From NCBI GenBank assembly GCA_043228905.1, contig JBHGNT010000004.1, positions 11,408,001 to 11,472,000 on the forward strand: a stretch of DNA of 64,000 nucleotides. Direction: 5' to 3'. Of this stretch, positions 12,142 through 23,139 are shown in pieces. This DNA is from Azolla caroliniana. Taxonomy: Eukaryota > Plantae > Polypodiophyta. Below the pieces are notes generated by a model that saw nothing but the letters and a program-made list of their open reading frames with translations, was not told the DNA's origin and searched no databases. A program made the translations under genes and the position numbers. Position 1 is the first letter of the stretch. The number at the start of each line of letters is the position of its first letter.

Positions 12142-12405
12142 AATGTAATATTTTTGGTCTCATAGGTCATATTTGACCTCCGAAGACAATAATATAATCT
12201 ATCTATCTATCTATCTATCTATCTCTCCGTCTCTCTCACTTCTTCCTTCTCTCGAAGAAGTTCTACACCTCTCATAGTACTAATCCTTCGTTTAGTACTA
12301 ATTCCTTCTCTGTCTTAGTACTGTTCCTGACAGTTTGAACCAATTTTCCTCCCTTCTGTCTCTCTCATTTCCTACTAATCTTTTATTCCTCTTTTCTTTC
12401 ATCCC

Positions 12406-13502
12406 ATGGCCACTGTTAGCGCTGAAGAATATCAATCTGTTTTCTCGGAATTTCAATGCTTGAAGGAGAAGTTCCATGCTTTGGAACAAGAAAACCAACG
12501 GTTGTTGGGGGATCTTCAACAAATCTCCTTAGAAGCAACAACTCGAAGCAACCATCGTAGTGATGCAACAACAAGGGCCTGGAACACAAGGGATTCATAA
12601 AGAACCCAAGATTGGCCTTCCCATGAAGTTCGATGGAACGCGATCGCAGTTTAGAGGGTTCCTTAACCAGGTACGATTAGTTATTCAAATGTATCCTTCC
12701 CGATATCCCACCGATGCATCACGAGTGGGTTTAGTAGGCACTTTGTTAAGTGGCTCAACGTTGTCATGGTTCGCTCCACTATTAGAAAAGGAATCTCCGT
12801 TACTCAACAATTTTGAAGAGTTTCTAGGTGAGTTTAAAGCATGTTTCGGAGATACTGACAGCATTAGGACCGCAATCAACAAAATTCGGCGATTACGCCA
12901 AGGTGACCGTCCAGCCTCCGCATACGCTGCAGATTTTCGCCTACTCGCCGCCGATATGCCATGGGATGATCAAGCGTTGATGGAGCAATTCCGTTATGGT
13001 TTATGCAACGACGTCAAGGATTTACTCTTGACCTTCCCTGAAGAGCCAAAGTCCTTAACAGAAGCAATCAGTCGAGCGGTGAGATGTGACAACCGCCTCT
13101 TTGAGCGACGTTTGGAACGACAACTACAAATGCCGAGGGCAAGATCAGAGCCCATTGGTAGCAAGACCTTTTCTGAGGGAGTTATATAATGCGCCTCTAG
13201 CGAATACTCAGACTCCAATGGAGATTGACACTACACGTCGTCGAGGGCCATTATCCGAAGAAGAAAAGCAGCGACGCCGTACAAATCGACTATGTCTTTA
13301 CTACGGTGGACCAGGACATATCGTAATAAATTGCCCCCATAGGACAAGAAGACAGGTAAACCAAATAGTCGCTAGTTCTAATTGTACTAAACCCGAGCGT
13401 ATTTCAGTAGGGATATCTGATAGTCCTAATAGTACTAATAGCCCGGATCTAGCAAACAAATTTGATGTCCTTAGTTAGTTAGAAGAAGAGTTAAACGACT
13501 AA
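12406..13502 (+). pseudogene. gag: Family A gag (frameshifted)
   Basis: EPKI..KFDGTRSQFRGF, LRQG..Y..F, PMEID and a degenerate CCHC knuckle. Confidence 0.9.
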
Positions 13503-13537
13503 GTCCAACCAAAATAGGAGCCCTATTTTGGTTGGAC
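13490..13537 (+). promoter_or_regulatory. Putative -1 programmed ribosomal frameshift signal
   Basis: G TTA AAC heptamer, 6-nt spacer and a perfect 16-bp hairpin (13503-13537). The -1 frame runs into the protease ORF. Confidence 0.75.
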
Positions 13538-16500
13538 AGCCTTAGATCTGTGCAGCCCATTAGTGGTTCCATTCCCTCTAAGCAAGTTAGTGATGTGTTC
13601 GTAGCCCAAGTAATAGTTAGTACTAAAAGTACCCCTCCAGTACATGTCCTAGCACTCCTAGATTCCGGAGCTAACTCTTGCTTTATGGATAAGAAATTTG
13701 CTCAAGCTCATAAGATATCCCTAAGAAAAATCTAGTGTCCAGCCTCTGTTGTAGTCATTGATGGACGTCCCATTGCTTCCGGAAATATCATAGAAGAGTC
13801 AGAGCCCATTAATATTGTCCTAGATAACTTAGCATATGTAGTATCATTTAATATTATTAGTATCCCAGAACATCCTATAGTTTTAGGATTACCGTGGTTC
13901 GAGTTACATAACCCAGACATAGATTGGAGAACAAGAGAAATCTGGTGTCGACAAACCCAAGGGTCAACTCAGAAGATGGCAACCATTTCGCTCGTCAGTT
14001 GCGTAAAGAAAGGCGTAAGGAGGAAATGTTCCTCTTTGCAATATCAGTAAACCCCTCCAGCACCACTAAAGAAGAATCCACCGTTCACCTTCCCGAGAAG
14101 TATCGTCATTACGTCGATGTGTTCGATAAAGTACAAGACAACACACTTCCTCATCATCGACCGTACGATTGCCCCATCGATTTACAACTGGGAAAAGAGC
14201 CACCCTGGGGACCGATCTACAATTTGTCACCAACCGAGCTGGAAGTCCTTCGGGCCTATATACAGGAGAATTTGGAAAATGGTTTCATTCGACATTCGAA
14301 ATCTCCAGCCGGCGCGCCCATTTTCTTTGTCAAGAAAAAAGATGGATCGCTTCGTCTCGTTGTAGATTACCGTGGCTTGAATAAGGTTACAATCAGGAAT
14401 AGGTATGCTCTTCCCCTTATCTCAAGTCTTTTAGAACGGATCAATGGTGCCAGGTTCTTCACAAAGATCGACTTACGGGGAGCATATAACCTCGTATGGA
14501 TCAGACCAGGAGACGAATGGAAGACCGCGTTTCGCACTAGATATGGGCACTTCGAGTATACGGTCATGTCGTTCGGCCTCACTAATGCGCCAGCAGTCTT
14601 CCAACACATGGCTAATGATATATTCTGAGATCTATTGGATGATTGTTTGCTCATCTATTTGGATGATCTACTGGTTTATTCAAAGACCCAAGAAGAACAT
14701 GATTCTCATGTACTATTAGTACTAAAACGACTTCGAGAACATGGTCTGTATGCAAAGCTGGAAAAATGTAGTTTCGGGTGTAACCAAGTGGAATTTCTTG
14801 GCTACATCATTTCGTCAGAAGGAATCTCCATGGACGCAGCTAAGGTCAAAACGGTGGTAGAATGGCAGACTCCGCGTTCGGTGCGGGATGTGCAATGCTT
14901 CCTAGGCTTTGCCAAATTTTACCGGAAGTTCATACAAGATTACTCAAAGATCGTTCTACCTCTCACACAACTTACCAGGAAGGGACAACCGTTCATCTGG
15001 TCTGAAGAAACGGACATGGCTTTCGAGAGTCTTAAAAAGGCATTTACATCGGCTCCAATTCTAACTCATGTCGATCTGGAAAAACCATTCATTATCGAAG
15101 CTGACGCATCGGATTTTGCATTGGGGAGCATTCTGTCACAACAGGGGAATGATGAGAAGCTACATCCTGTGGCTTTTCACTCATGCAAGTTTGACACCGC
15201 CGAAATCAACTACGAAATTCATGATAAGGAGCTATTGGCAATAGTGGATTCTTTTATGCAATGGAGGCATTTTCTGGAGGGATCCTCTCATCCAGTCACC
15301 GTATTTAGTGACCACAAGAATCTTGCCTACTTTCAAGATGCTCGTGTGTTGAATCGACGTCAAGCTCGGTGGGCCCACTTCCTCACGCGTTTCGACTTCA
15401 AAATTACATATTGTCTGGGGAGGCACCAAGGGAAGGCAGATGCATTATCACGGCGTTCGTATCTAGCACCCCGTCCCGGCGAGCCAGCTTTCGATAACCA
15501 AAAACAAGTCATCTTAGGACCGGCACGACTACAAGCAACACAGATCTTTGACATGCCTATGGATTCCCGCGTTATCGATACCATACGTGAAGACTTGAAG
15601 ACAGATGCGTTCGCCCAAGCTATACTAGCACAAATTGATCCCTCTCGAGCGTCGTGTTCACAGTCGCAACCACCAGGTACGGACTATCGACAATTCAAAT
15701 ACCATGATGGATTACTCTTCTTTAAAGAACTTTTGTATGTTCCTAATGGTTCTTGCCACCTTTGAGTAGTACAAAACTGTCATGACACATATACAGCTGG
15801 GCATTTTGGTAGTACTAAAACATTACATTTAGTACAACGATCATTCTGGTGGCCCTGTATGCGACAATTTGTCGAGGATTTTGTTCGGACTTGTGATACA
15901 TGTTGAAGAGCAAAAATGCCAAGGCATCATCCATATGGTTTATTAGAACCATTACCAATTCCAAGCAAGCCATGGCAATCCATTGCTCTAGACTTCATCA
16001 CAGATCTTCCAGTCTCTAAGGGGTTCAATGCGATTCTAACAGTGGTCGATCGATACACGAAGATGGCTCATTTCTTGCCATGCTCAAGGTCTCTTGTAAC
16101 CTCTCCTCCGGCTACCACCCACAAACCGACGGCCAAGCTGAATGAACAAATCCAATGTTGGAGCAGTATCTGCGGTGCTTTCTTAGTTATCATCAGGACG
16201 ACTGGGCAGATATTCTCCACTTCGCCGAATTTGCCTATAACAACTCTATCCACGCGTCCACTAAAGTTACGCCATTTTATGCTTATACGGGATGTCACCC
16301 CCGGTGGAGTGTACTTGAAACCCCAGAGGTGTCCACAAATCCGTGCGCGGAGGATCGTTTGGAGCGGTTACGCAAGATACAAGCGGATTTATCTACTCAT
16401 CTCCAGCAAGCTCAACAAACACACAAGGTCTACGCGGATCTTCATCGACTTCCATCCAGTTTTAATATTGGAGATCGGGTGTGGCTGCTACGACGACACA

Positions 16501-16973
16501 TCAAGACTACTCGCCCATGTGAGAATTTGGATTATATGCAATTAGGTCCTTTCCATATTATTGGACAGATTAATGATGTCGCTTTTCGTCTCGATCTACC
16601 TCCTCAACTTCGGATACATCCGGTGGTTCATAGTTCTCTCCTCGAACCCTACCACGAGAGCACCATCCCAGGACGTCTTATCCAACCTCCACCCCCGATC
16701 GAGCTTGAAGATGGGCCGGAGTACGAGGTTGCCGCCATCCTTGATTCCAAGATTGTTCGCAACAAGCTCTACTATCTAGTCGATTGGCTAGGCTATAGTC
16801 CCAACGAACGTACTTGGGAACCGATCGAGAATGTGACCAATGCTCGTGCTCTTCTTGAAGACTTCCGTCGTCAATATCCACACAAACCGGGTCCTCAATC
16901 CAAGACGACTCATGACACTCGTCGTTTTAAAGGGGGGGATAGTGTCATGATATGGCAAGACTCGAACCCATGA
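13532..16973 (+). pseudogene. pol: Family A pol (PR, RT, RH, INT, chromodomain) with stops and a deletion in INT
   Basis: [40 protein letters not shown]. The segment between HFLPC and LKV is missing relative to the copy at 45290-45430. Confidence 0.93.
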
Positions 16974-17232
16974 CCTTAGGTTATATGGGTCGAGCTCTTG
17001 ACCATTAGATCATCTTTTGTAAGACGTAGAATATTATTTTCATTTACATTTTATTATAGGAAATTAGTGTATATTCCAGATTTCTCTAGAACATTCTAGA
17101 AGCTTCAGGATTACTCCTGAAAACACTATAAAAGAGGGCACTAGGCATTATGTTGAACCAAATTGGTTCAACGCCAGTCTTAAGACTTTTAGCCATCATT
17201 GTATATTCTCTTCATATAATACATATCTTTCT

Positions 17233-17268
<36 letters not shown>

Positions 17269-17370
17269 CTCGCTCACTTCTTCCTTCTCTCGAAGAAGTT
17301 CTACACCTCCCATAGTACTAATCCTTCGTTTAGTACTAATTCCTTCTCTGTCTTAGTACTGTTCCTGATA
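16943..17370 (+). repeat. Family A 3' LTR
   Basis: Matches 7349-7630 plus 12225-12332, 46794-47225 and 60648-61071. Confidence 0.95.
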
Positions 17371-18359
17371 GGTCGATGGGGACAACTTATCACTATATGT
17401 CCTGGACCACCACAATATAAACATAGGCGGTTCGCTCGACGTCTCTGCTTTTCAACGTCTGTTAAAGGTCCTCGACGACGTGTAGAATCAATTTCCATTG
17501 GAGTAGGACTACTTATTGGGCTAGATATAGGAACATGCATAGTTCCAGATGTAGGTAGTGATGTTACCAATGCATATGTCTGCTCTAATCGAGGTCGAGA
17601 CCATTGTTGATGCTCAGAGCGTCGCTCGAATAATCGATTGTCACATCGTACAACTCGACTAATCGCCTCAGTAAGAGATTTTGGATCTTCATGAAAAGTG
17701 AGAAGCAAGTCTTTCACATCATTATGAAGTTCGTGACGAAATTGGTAAATCAATGCCTCTTTGTCCCAAGCAATGTCACATGCAAGAAGGTGAAAATCAG
17801 CCACATAGGCTGAGGCTGGGCGATCCCCTTGTCGCAACCTTCGAATCTTATTAATAGCTGTTCTCATGCTATTGGTATCTCCAAAACAAGCTTGGAACTC
17901 TTTAATAAACTCATCAAAATTATCCAAAATAGGGCACTTTTTCTCAAGTAACGGCGCAAACCAAGCCAATGTTGTACCAAGTAATAGAGTTCCGACCAAC
18001 CCTACTCGTGCCAAATCTGTTGGATATCGAGTGGGATGCATTTGAAATACTAGACGTACCTGATTTAGAAACTCTCGAAATTGTGATCGAGTACCATCAA
18101 ACTTCGATGGGAGACTTATCTTGGGTTCTTTTGTCAAATTCGGTGCTTGTAATGCTTGTTGTCGTAATGTTCTGGGAGCCGCTTCAAGTTGGTGAAGCCT
18201 TTGAGTTAATTCCTCTTGTTGTTGAGCTTTCTCGACATTCACTTGTTGTAAATCCCCGAGCAGCCTTTGATTCTCTTGCTCTAAAGCCATGAACTTGGTG
18301 TTCAAGCATTGAAGTTCACCTAGAACGCACATATATTCTTGTTCACTTACTGCTGCCAT
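17371..18359 (-). CDS. gag: Family B gag (C-terminus continues at ~7205-7348)
   Basis: Open frame with a retrotransposon gag domain, PMEID and a CLYCGGPGHIVISC knuckle. Confidence 0.92.
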
Positions 18360-18440
18360 GGTTATGAGAAGATAGGATGAGAGCTTCCTTGGAAAAGAAA
18401 AAAAATTATAATGAAGAAGGTTAGGTATTCCGGTTCACAC

Positions 18441-18913
18441 TGTCAAGGCCGTAACCAAAGACAGGTTTAACATGAAGAAAAGAATGAGAAATAGAAAAGA
18501 AGAGAGGAATGAGAGAGAAATAAAATATTGAAAATGTATTAGCAATGAGAACAAGGGTTACAAGAGTATGCCGAAGACTGGCATTGAACCGGAATGGTTC
18601 ATCAATAGTTCGCTATATGTTTATATAGCATGCTTTGGATACATGGATGCCCACCACCTCATAGGCACGCATGCTCGCCATTTGTCATTCATGCAAGCAT
18701 GCCACTTGGCATTCATGTAATCATGCATTAGCCTATGCGGTGGCAACGTTTCACACTATTAGATATATTTCTTCATGATCTAATATAAGAATTTACAATT
18801 TAATAAATGTAATATGATGTATCCTAGTGGTTGAAGCTACACATTTTCTTTGACGAGGTCATGGGTTCGAATCCTTATTACCAGTCTTGGAGTTTTGGTA
18901 TATGTTCATGACA
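18441..18913 (-). repeat. Family B 5' LTR
   Basis: Pair of 2484-2956. Followed on the minus strand by GTGTGAACCGGAAT rather than a tRNA PBS. Confidence 0.95.
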
Positions 18914-21900
18914 CTGTAAACCACCGATTTGAATACGGGGCACTCGACGACTCGAGGATACCCATATCCGCCTTCTGCTTTAGTAGCTCCATCAACTTCA
19001 GGATGTGAGCTCTGGGTACCGGAATTAGCTTGAGGTTCCACGGGACATACGGTATCGTGAAGATAACCATCGGCTCCATGATTGTCGGGTGAGAATGTTA
19101 AGGCTTTCCCATGCCTCCTGAGCATCCTCGGAAACCGGTCCTCATCTGCCAGTAGTAGAGAGCCACCCCCACCAATCTTGAGCTCCCGTAGCGTCTCGTT
19201 GGTGAACCGGTGTCCTATGCCGGCCAGATCTCGCAAGCTTGGGTCAGTAGCGACCCTCTTTATTCGTTCCCAGTTGCCCTTTGGCAAGGGAGCCACGATT
19301 GGCTTCACCTTTCGGTCCATAGTCTTCTACTTGGTGTCCACGTGGGTGGTCCGATGCGCCATGATTTCCCCTTTGAAGTCAGCAATGACTTCGTACATCT
19401 CGACTGAGTTAACCGGTATGACCCGGTCTTCACTTAGACCTCCTTTGACTACCCTCTCAATTTCTCCAAGGGTGTCATCAAATGAGACCGCCTCCATGGC
19501 ATTGCCGATCCGCTCGTCGTGGCTCAAGGCTCCGCACGCCTTTCAGCGCACCTCGGCTCGTTTCCTTTTTCGGCCGCTAATGCTAGTAATGGTACAACCT
19601 CTGTTATTGGAGAACATGTGTGGGGTTTGTTCCGGTTGTTTGGACTACTGCGTCCCGACGCCTTGATAGTCCTTTCTAAAAATCCTTTCGGCCATTATTG
19701 CCGAGGGTGTCCCAATTACGCACATGATTCTGCCGCACTGTGAGAAACTGGACGGAGTGACAACTGTCCTGACTCTTTAATCTTGCGTAGGCCAAACCAT
19801 TGTCCAAAACTTTGGTCTCCATTTGAGCTACCGTGATGTATGGCTCGCCGAGGATGACCGGATGGGAAGATGTCTCTTGCACGAAAAAGTGTTGGTCTAT
19901 CTCGATGTCCCCAACACTTTGACATTCGGACATGCCCCGTGCAACTCTTCAGTGGCCCTTGTAGCCGCGCATATCTTCGACCCGTGCTCGGTGTTGATCG
20001 GCCATTTCCCCTTTTTGTAGAAGTCCATGGAATTTAGGTTAATTTTCGATCCGTGGTCGATCAATGCCTGATAGGAACCAGGGTTTCAGTCATTGCTCTT
20101 GCCTAGTGTGGCCTTGTATAGTGGCTTTCTGCAAGCTCGTCCTCCGTGGCCACTTCGTCGAGCAGCGCCGCCCTTACTTCAACCAGCTTCTCTGGTTCCG
20201 GCTCCGTTGCGAGGCGCTTCCTTTTTACGAGATCCAGGATGCTATCGTGGAACTCTCTCCTTGCTATGCCTATCACTTCTCTCAGTGTGAGTTCTACGCA
20301 ACTATCGAGGACTCCCTCCTCCAGGACCTGTCGTAGGTTCGTTGTTTTCTTGATTTCCGAGTTTAACCAGAAGCTCGAAACCTTGGCCTTCTCCATCTCC
20401 TGAATGGGTCTGCTCTAGATGTCCTACCTCCCCGAAGGGCCTGCTCCTCCGGTCTTTTCGGCCCACTTATCGTCTACCAGATGCTCCTAGTTTTGGCATG
20501 CGGCTTCCCCAAAGCCGGTACTTTCGTCAACCGGGTCGCTCCATCCAGTGACATCGCGTACTCGTTTTTCCGTGTGGTCAACTTCTTCCTTCTTCAGCCT
20601 CTTCTCGGAAAAGGTTTCCAGTACCATCAGCCAAAACCCAGGGTTTATATCGGTGTTAGTCGCCTTTCCACCTACGCAAATGCCGACTGAGGCCGAGTAG
20701 TGGATGGGCTCGACATGCCGCAGTGCGGCCTCCTCCATCAACCTCTTCATGCTGCCTCGTCAGGGGTTTACTTCGAGCATTATCTGTGTGTCGCTCACGT
20801 GCACCCTGCCATTTCAAAGGTACAACACGTTGCTCCTGAGTGCTTTGTCGAAGTCGGCACAATCTCTTCGGGCATGGCTGAGGCCATCACACCATATGCA
20901 CCTTTGATTGGCTGGCGGCCGCCGGTCGTGGGGCTGGCCTTCGTCGCCCCTTCGGGCCTGAGTGATCTGGAGATCGTGCACAATTTTTGTCAACTCTTCT
21001 AGAGCCGCGCCCCCGGATGGCCCTGCACCTACGTGCACCATGGCCGGGCCTAACTCGAGCCACCTTCTCATTTCTTCTATTCGGGTTGGCACCGACTCGA
21101 CCCTCGTTTCGATAGTCGGTCTGACTGTTGAGGACCCCTTTTCTTTCCAGTCTCTGCACTTGTCAATCCGGTCACACACCCCTTTGACCACGGCCCAGTC
21201 GACTGTGACCTTGTTGTTCGTCTCTAAAAGGAGAACCACATTATCGCGGATGAGCAAGTCGAACGACTTAACAAAGAGCAGGACCTTACTCGTGTCAAGC
21301 ACGGTCCGGTCCAGTGTGGAGAGCCGCGCAAACCGTGACTCAAATTCTTGAAGGAGGGTCGTTGAGTTTCAACCTTTGCCAGAGCTATCAACCCAATCCA
21401 TGAAAGCCTTCTTTGACAACCTGAGTGAGTCATCGAAGCTTTACCGTTTGAGAATCCGCTCTACGTAGTCCGCCCAATCACGGCAGATCGCTTGTACTTC
21501 GACCACTTCCGCATAGATGCTTGGCGTCACGACCCGAGGAAACCCGGTCAACCGTCTATCCTCCGGAATGTTCCTCATCTGCATCTCGGACTTGTAGGCC
21601 TCCAGATAACTCGAGGTATCTTTCCCACCGAACCGGCCTAGCTTGTCGACCGTCGCCTCTATGTCCCTATCAAGGGCACTCGCGAGCGCTAACTAGGCCG
21701 TCTACAACCACCGCCATCTCTTCGGTGAGTTCGCTTCCTCTCATCTTTAGATTCCTTTGCCGCCCCTTTTTCATGTTGGGTTCACCAAATATGTCGCGGT
21801 ATTCCGCGCGGATGCGTAGAAACAGGACAAGACCACGGGGGTCTTGAACCAAGGAATCGAGAAAGGAGGAAGAGACCCGCGAGTTGTGTAAACACAAACA

Positions 21901-22582
21901 CTTTGAATTAGACAAAGAGGAGTAGGAAGGAGGTGGTCGTAGGTTTCCGACTCAATGCAGTACGAGAGAATAGCAACGCGAGAATGACACAAGAAAAAAA
22001 GAAGCAACGTAAAGCAACAGAATAGATTGTCAATAGTAGTTAGGATGCGCGCGTGAAGCGCAGGGAATACAACTGGTTAGAGTCGGGAAAAGAGCTTCGA
22101 GCTCTAGAGAAAACACACGGAAAAAAGGGGGCCTCTGGCCGGGAGAGCGCAGACGTCTGACGCTAGCCGAGGGTTCTTCGGAGGGTTTGGTCGTAGAGGT
22201 TCAGAAGAGAACGAGTGAGCGAGCTACTTCTTCTAGTTCGGTAGCGTCCTCTGCTTCTCAAGAAAAAAAAAAGATCCCTCAAACAGTCTTAGGCCTCCCC
22301 TTTTATAGCACAAGGAGTAGCCGTTACATAAGGTTTAATGACTCCTCAATATTCTCTCGTAGATTCTCTTCTTGATGTGTTCTCGTTATCTCACCTTTGT
22401 TTCCGCACCCCTACCCATGTGATATTAAATCGTCTAATAGTGCCTAACTTCCTAGTAATCCACAAAACCTACCAACACCTAGTACTTACATAAATTAGTA
22501 CAAAAAAGGGGTGCACTTGTGCACACCCGCGTTCCCATGCATTTGGCGACGTTTCCCCCGATGGCCTGGAATCTTCACGACA
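18914..22582 (-). mobile_element. Non-chromoviral Ty3/gypsy family C (Phygy-like), 5' part: LTR 21792-22582, tRNA-Trp PBS, decayed gag, protease and RT start
   Basis: LTR termini TGTCGCG/CACGACA. PBS TGGTGAACCCAACATG. CIWCDGLSHARRDC knuckle, LIDHGS protease and APYSNRWFTV RT motif. Confidence 0.8.
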
Positions 22583-23139
22583 ACGTTCTTGCAAGGAGAA
22601 AGAAAGATATATTAATGTCTTCTAAGACCAAAATTGGCCCATGAGACAATTGGTTTACAATAAAAATGAGGTATTTACCCATTCATCTAAAGTAAAGATA
22701 AAAATAAAATAAAATAGAACTTAAGCTAAAAAGTTCTAGCAAAAATACACATGTTCTATAAGGAAATGACTTTATACTAGGCCTAGTTTCATTTCCATCC
22801 AAGTCTCTCAAAAAGAAGCGGGAGGTCAAAGAGTTTCGATGTGGAGGTGGCCCGTGGTCCCAATGTAAAAGATATCGCAACCATAGACGCTAGGCCACGT
22901 AGCTCACGTTCCCTTATCTTCTTAATTGTTTCTACTCCACGTCGAGTTGCTTTGAAGCCCGACATCTGAGGGTGTTTGGTTGTTCTTTGCATTTTTGTTT
23001 CATCAAGAGAGAGGCCGAGTGGTGCAGGTGTGTCCACATTCATCGTCTCCCTTTGTTCCTGGAAAATTATATTAGTTACATGTTGGTGAATATTAAAATG
23101 ATTATGGTTAACATTTTGTAGTTCTTCCTCCATGTTGGA

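Larger units (their letters stand above)
7631..12224 (+). mobile_element. Near-intact LINE (APE-RT type, RTEX/CR1-L2-like) inserted in the (CT)n tract of the family A LTR
   Basis: Two ORFs and a 3' (ATCT)n tail at 12197-12224. The flanks rejoin to match the uninterrupted LTR at ~17235-17270. Confidence 0.92.
7349..17370 (+). mobile_element. Full-length Ty3/gypsy chromovirus family A inserted in family B gag
   Basis: 5' LTR 7349-12332 (split by a LINE) and 3' LTR 16943-17370. Perfect TSD GGTCG. PPT AAGGGGGGGATAG. Confidence 0.95.
2484..18913 (-). mobile_element. Full-length Ty3/gypsy chromovirus (Tcn1-like) family B with nested insertions
   Basis: Paired 473-bp LTRs at 2484-2956 and 18441-18913 (TG..CA). 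TSD CCGTA/CTGTA. PPT next to 2957. Order gag-PR-RT-RH-INT-chromodomain. Confidence 0.95.
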
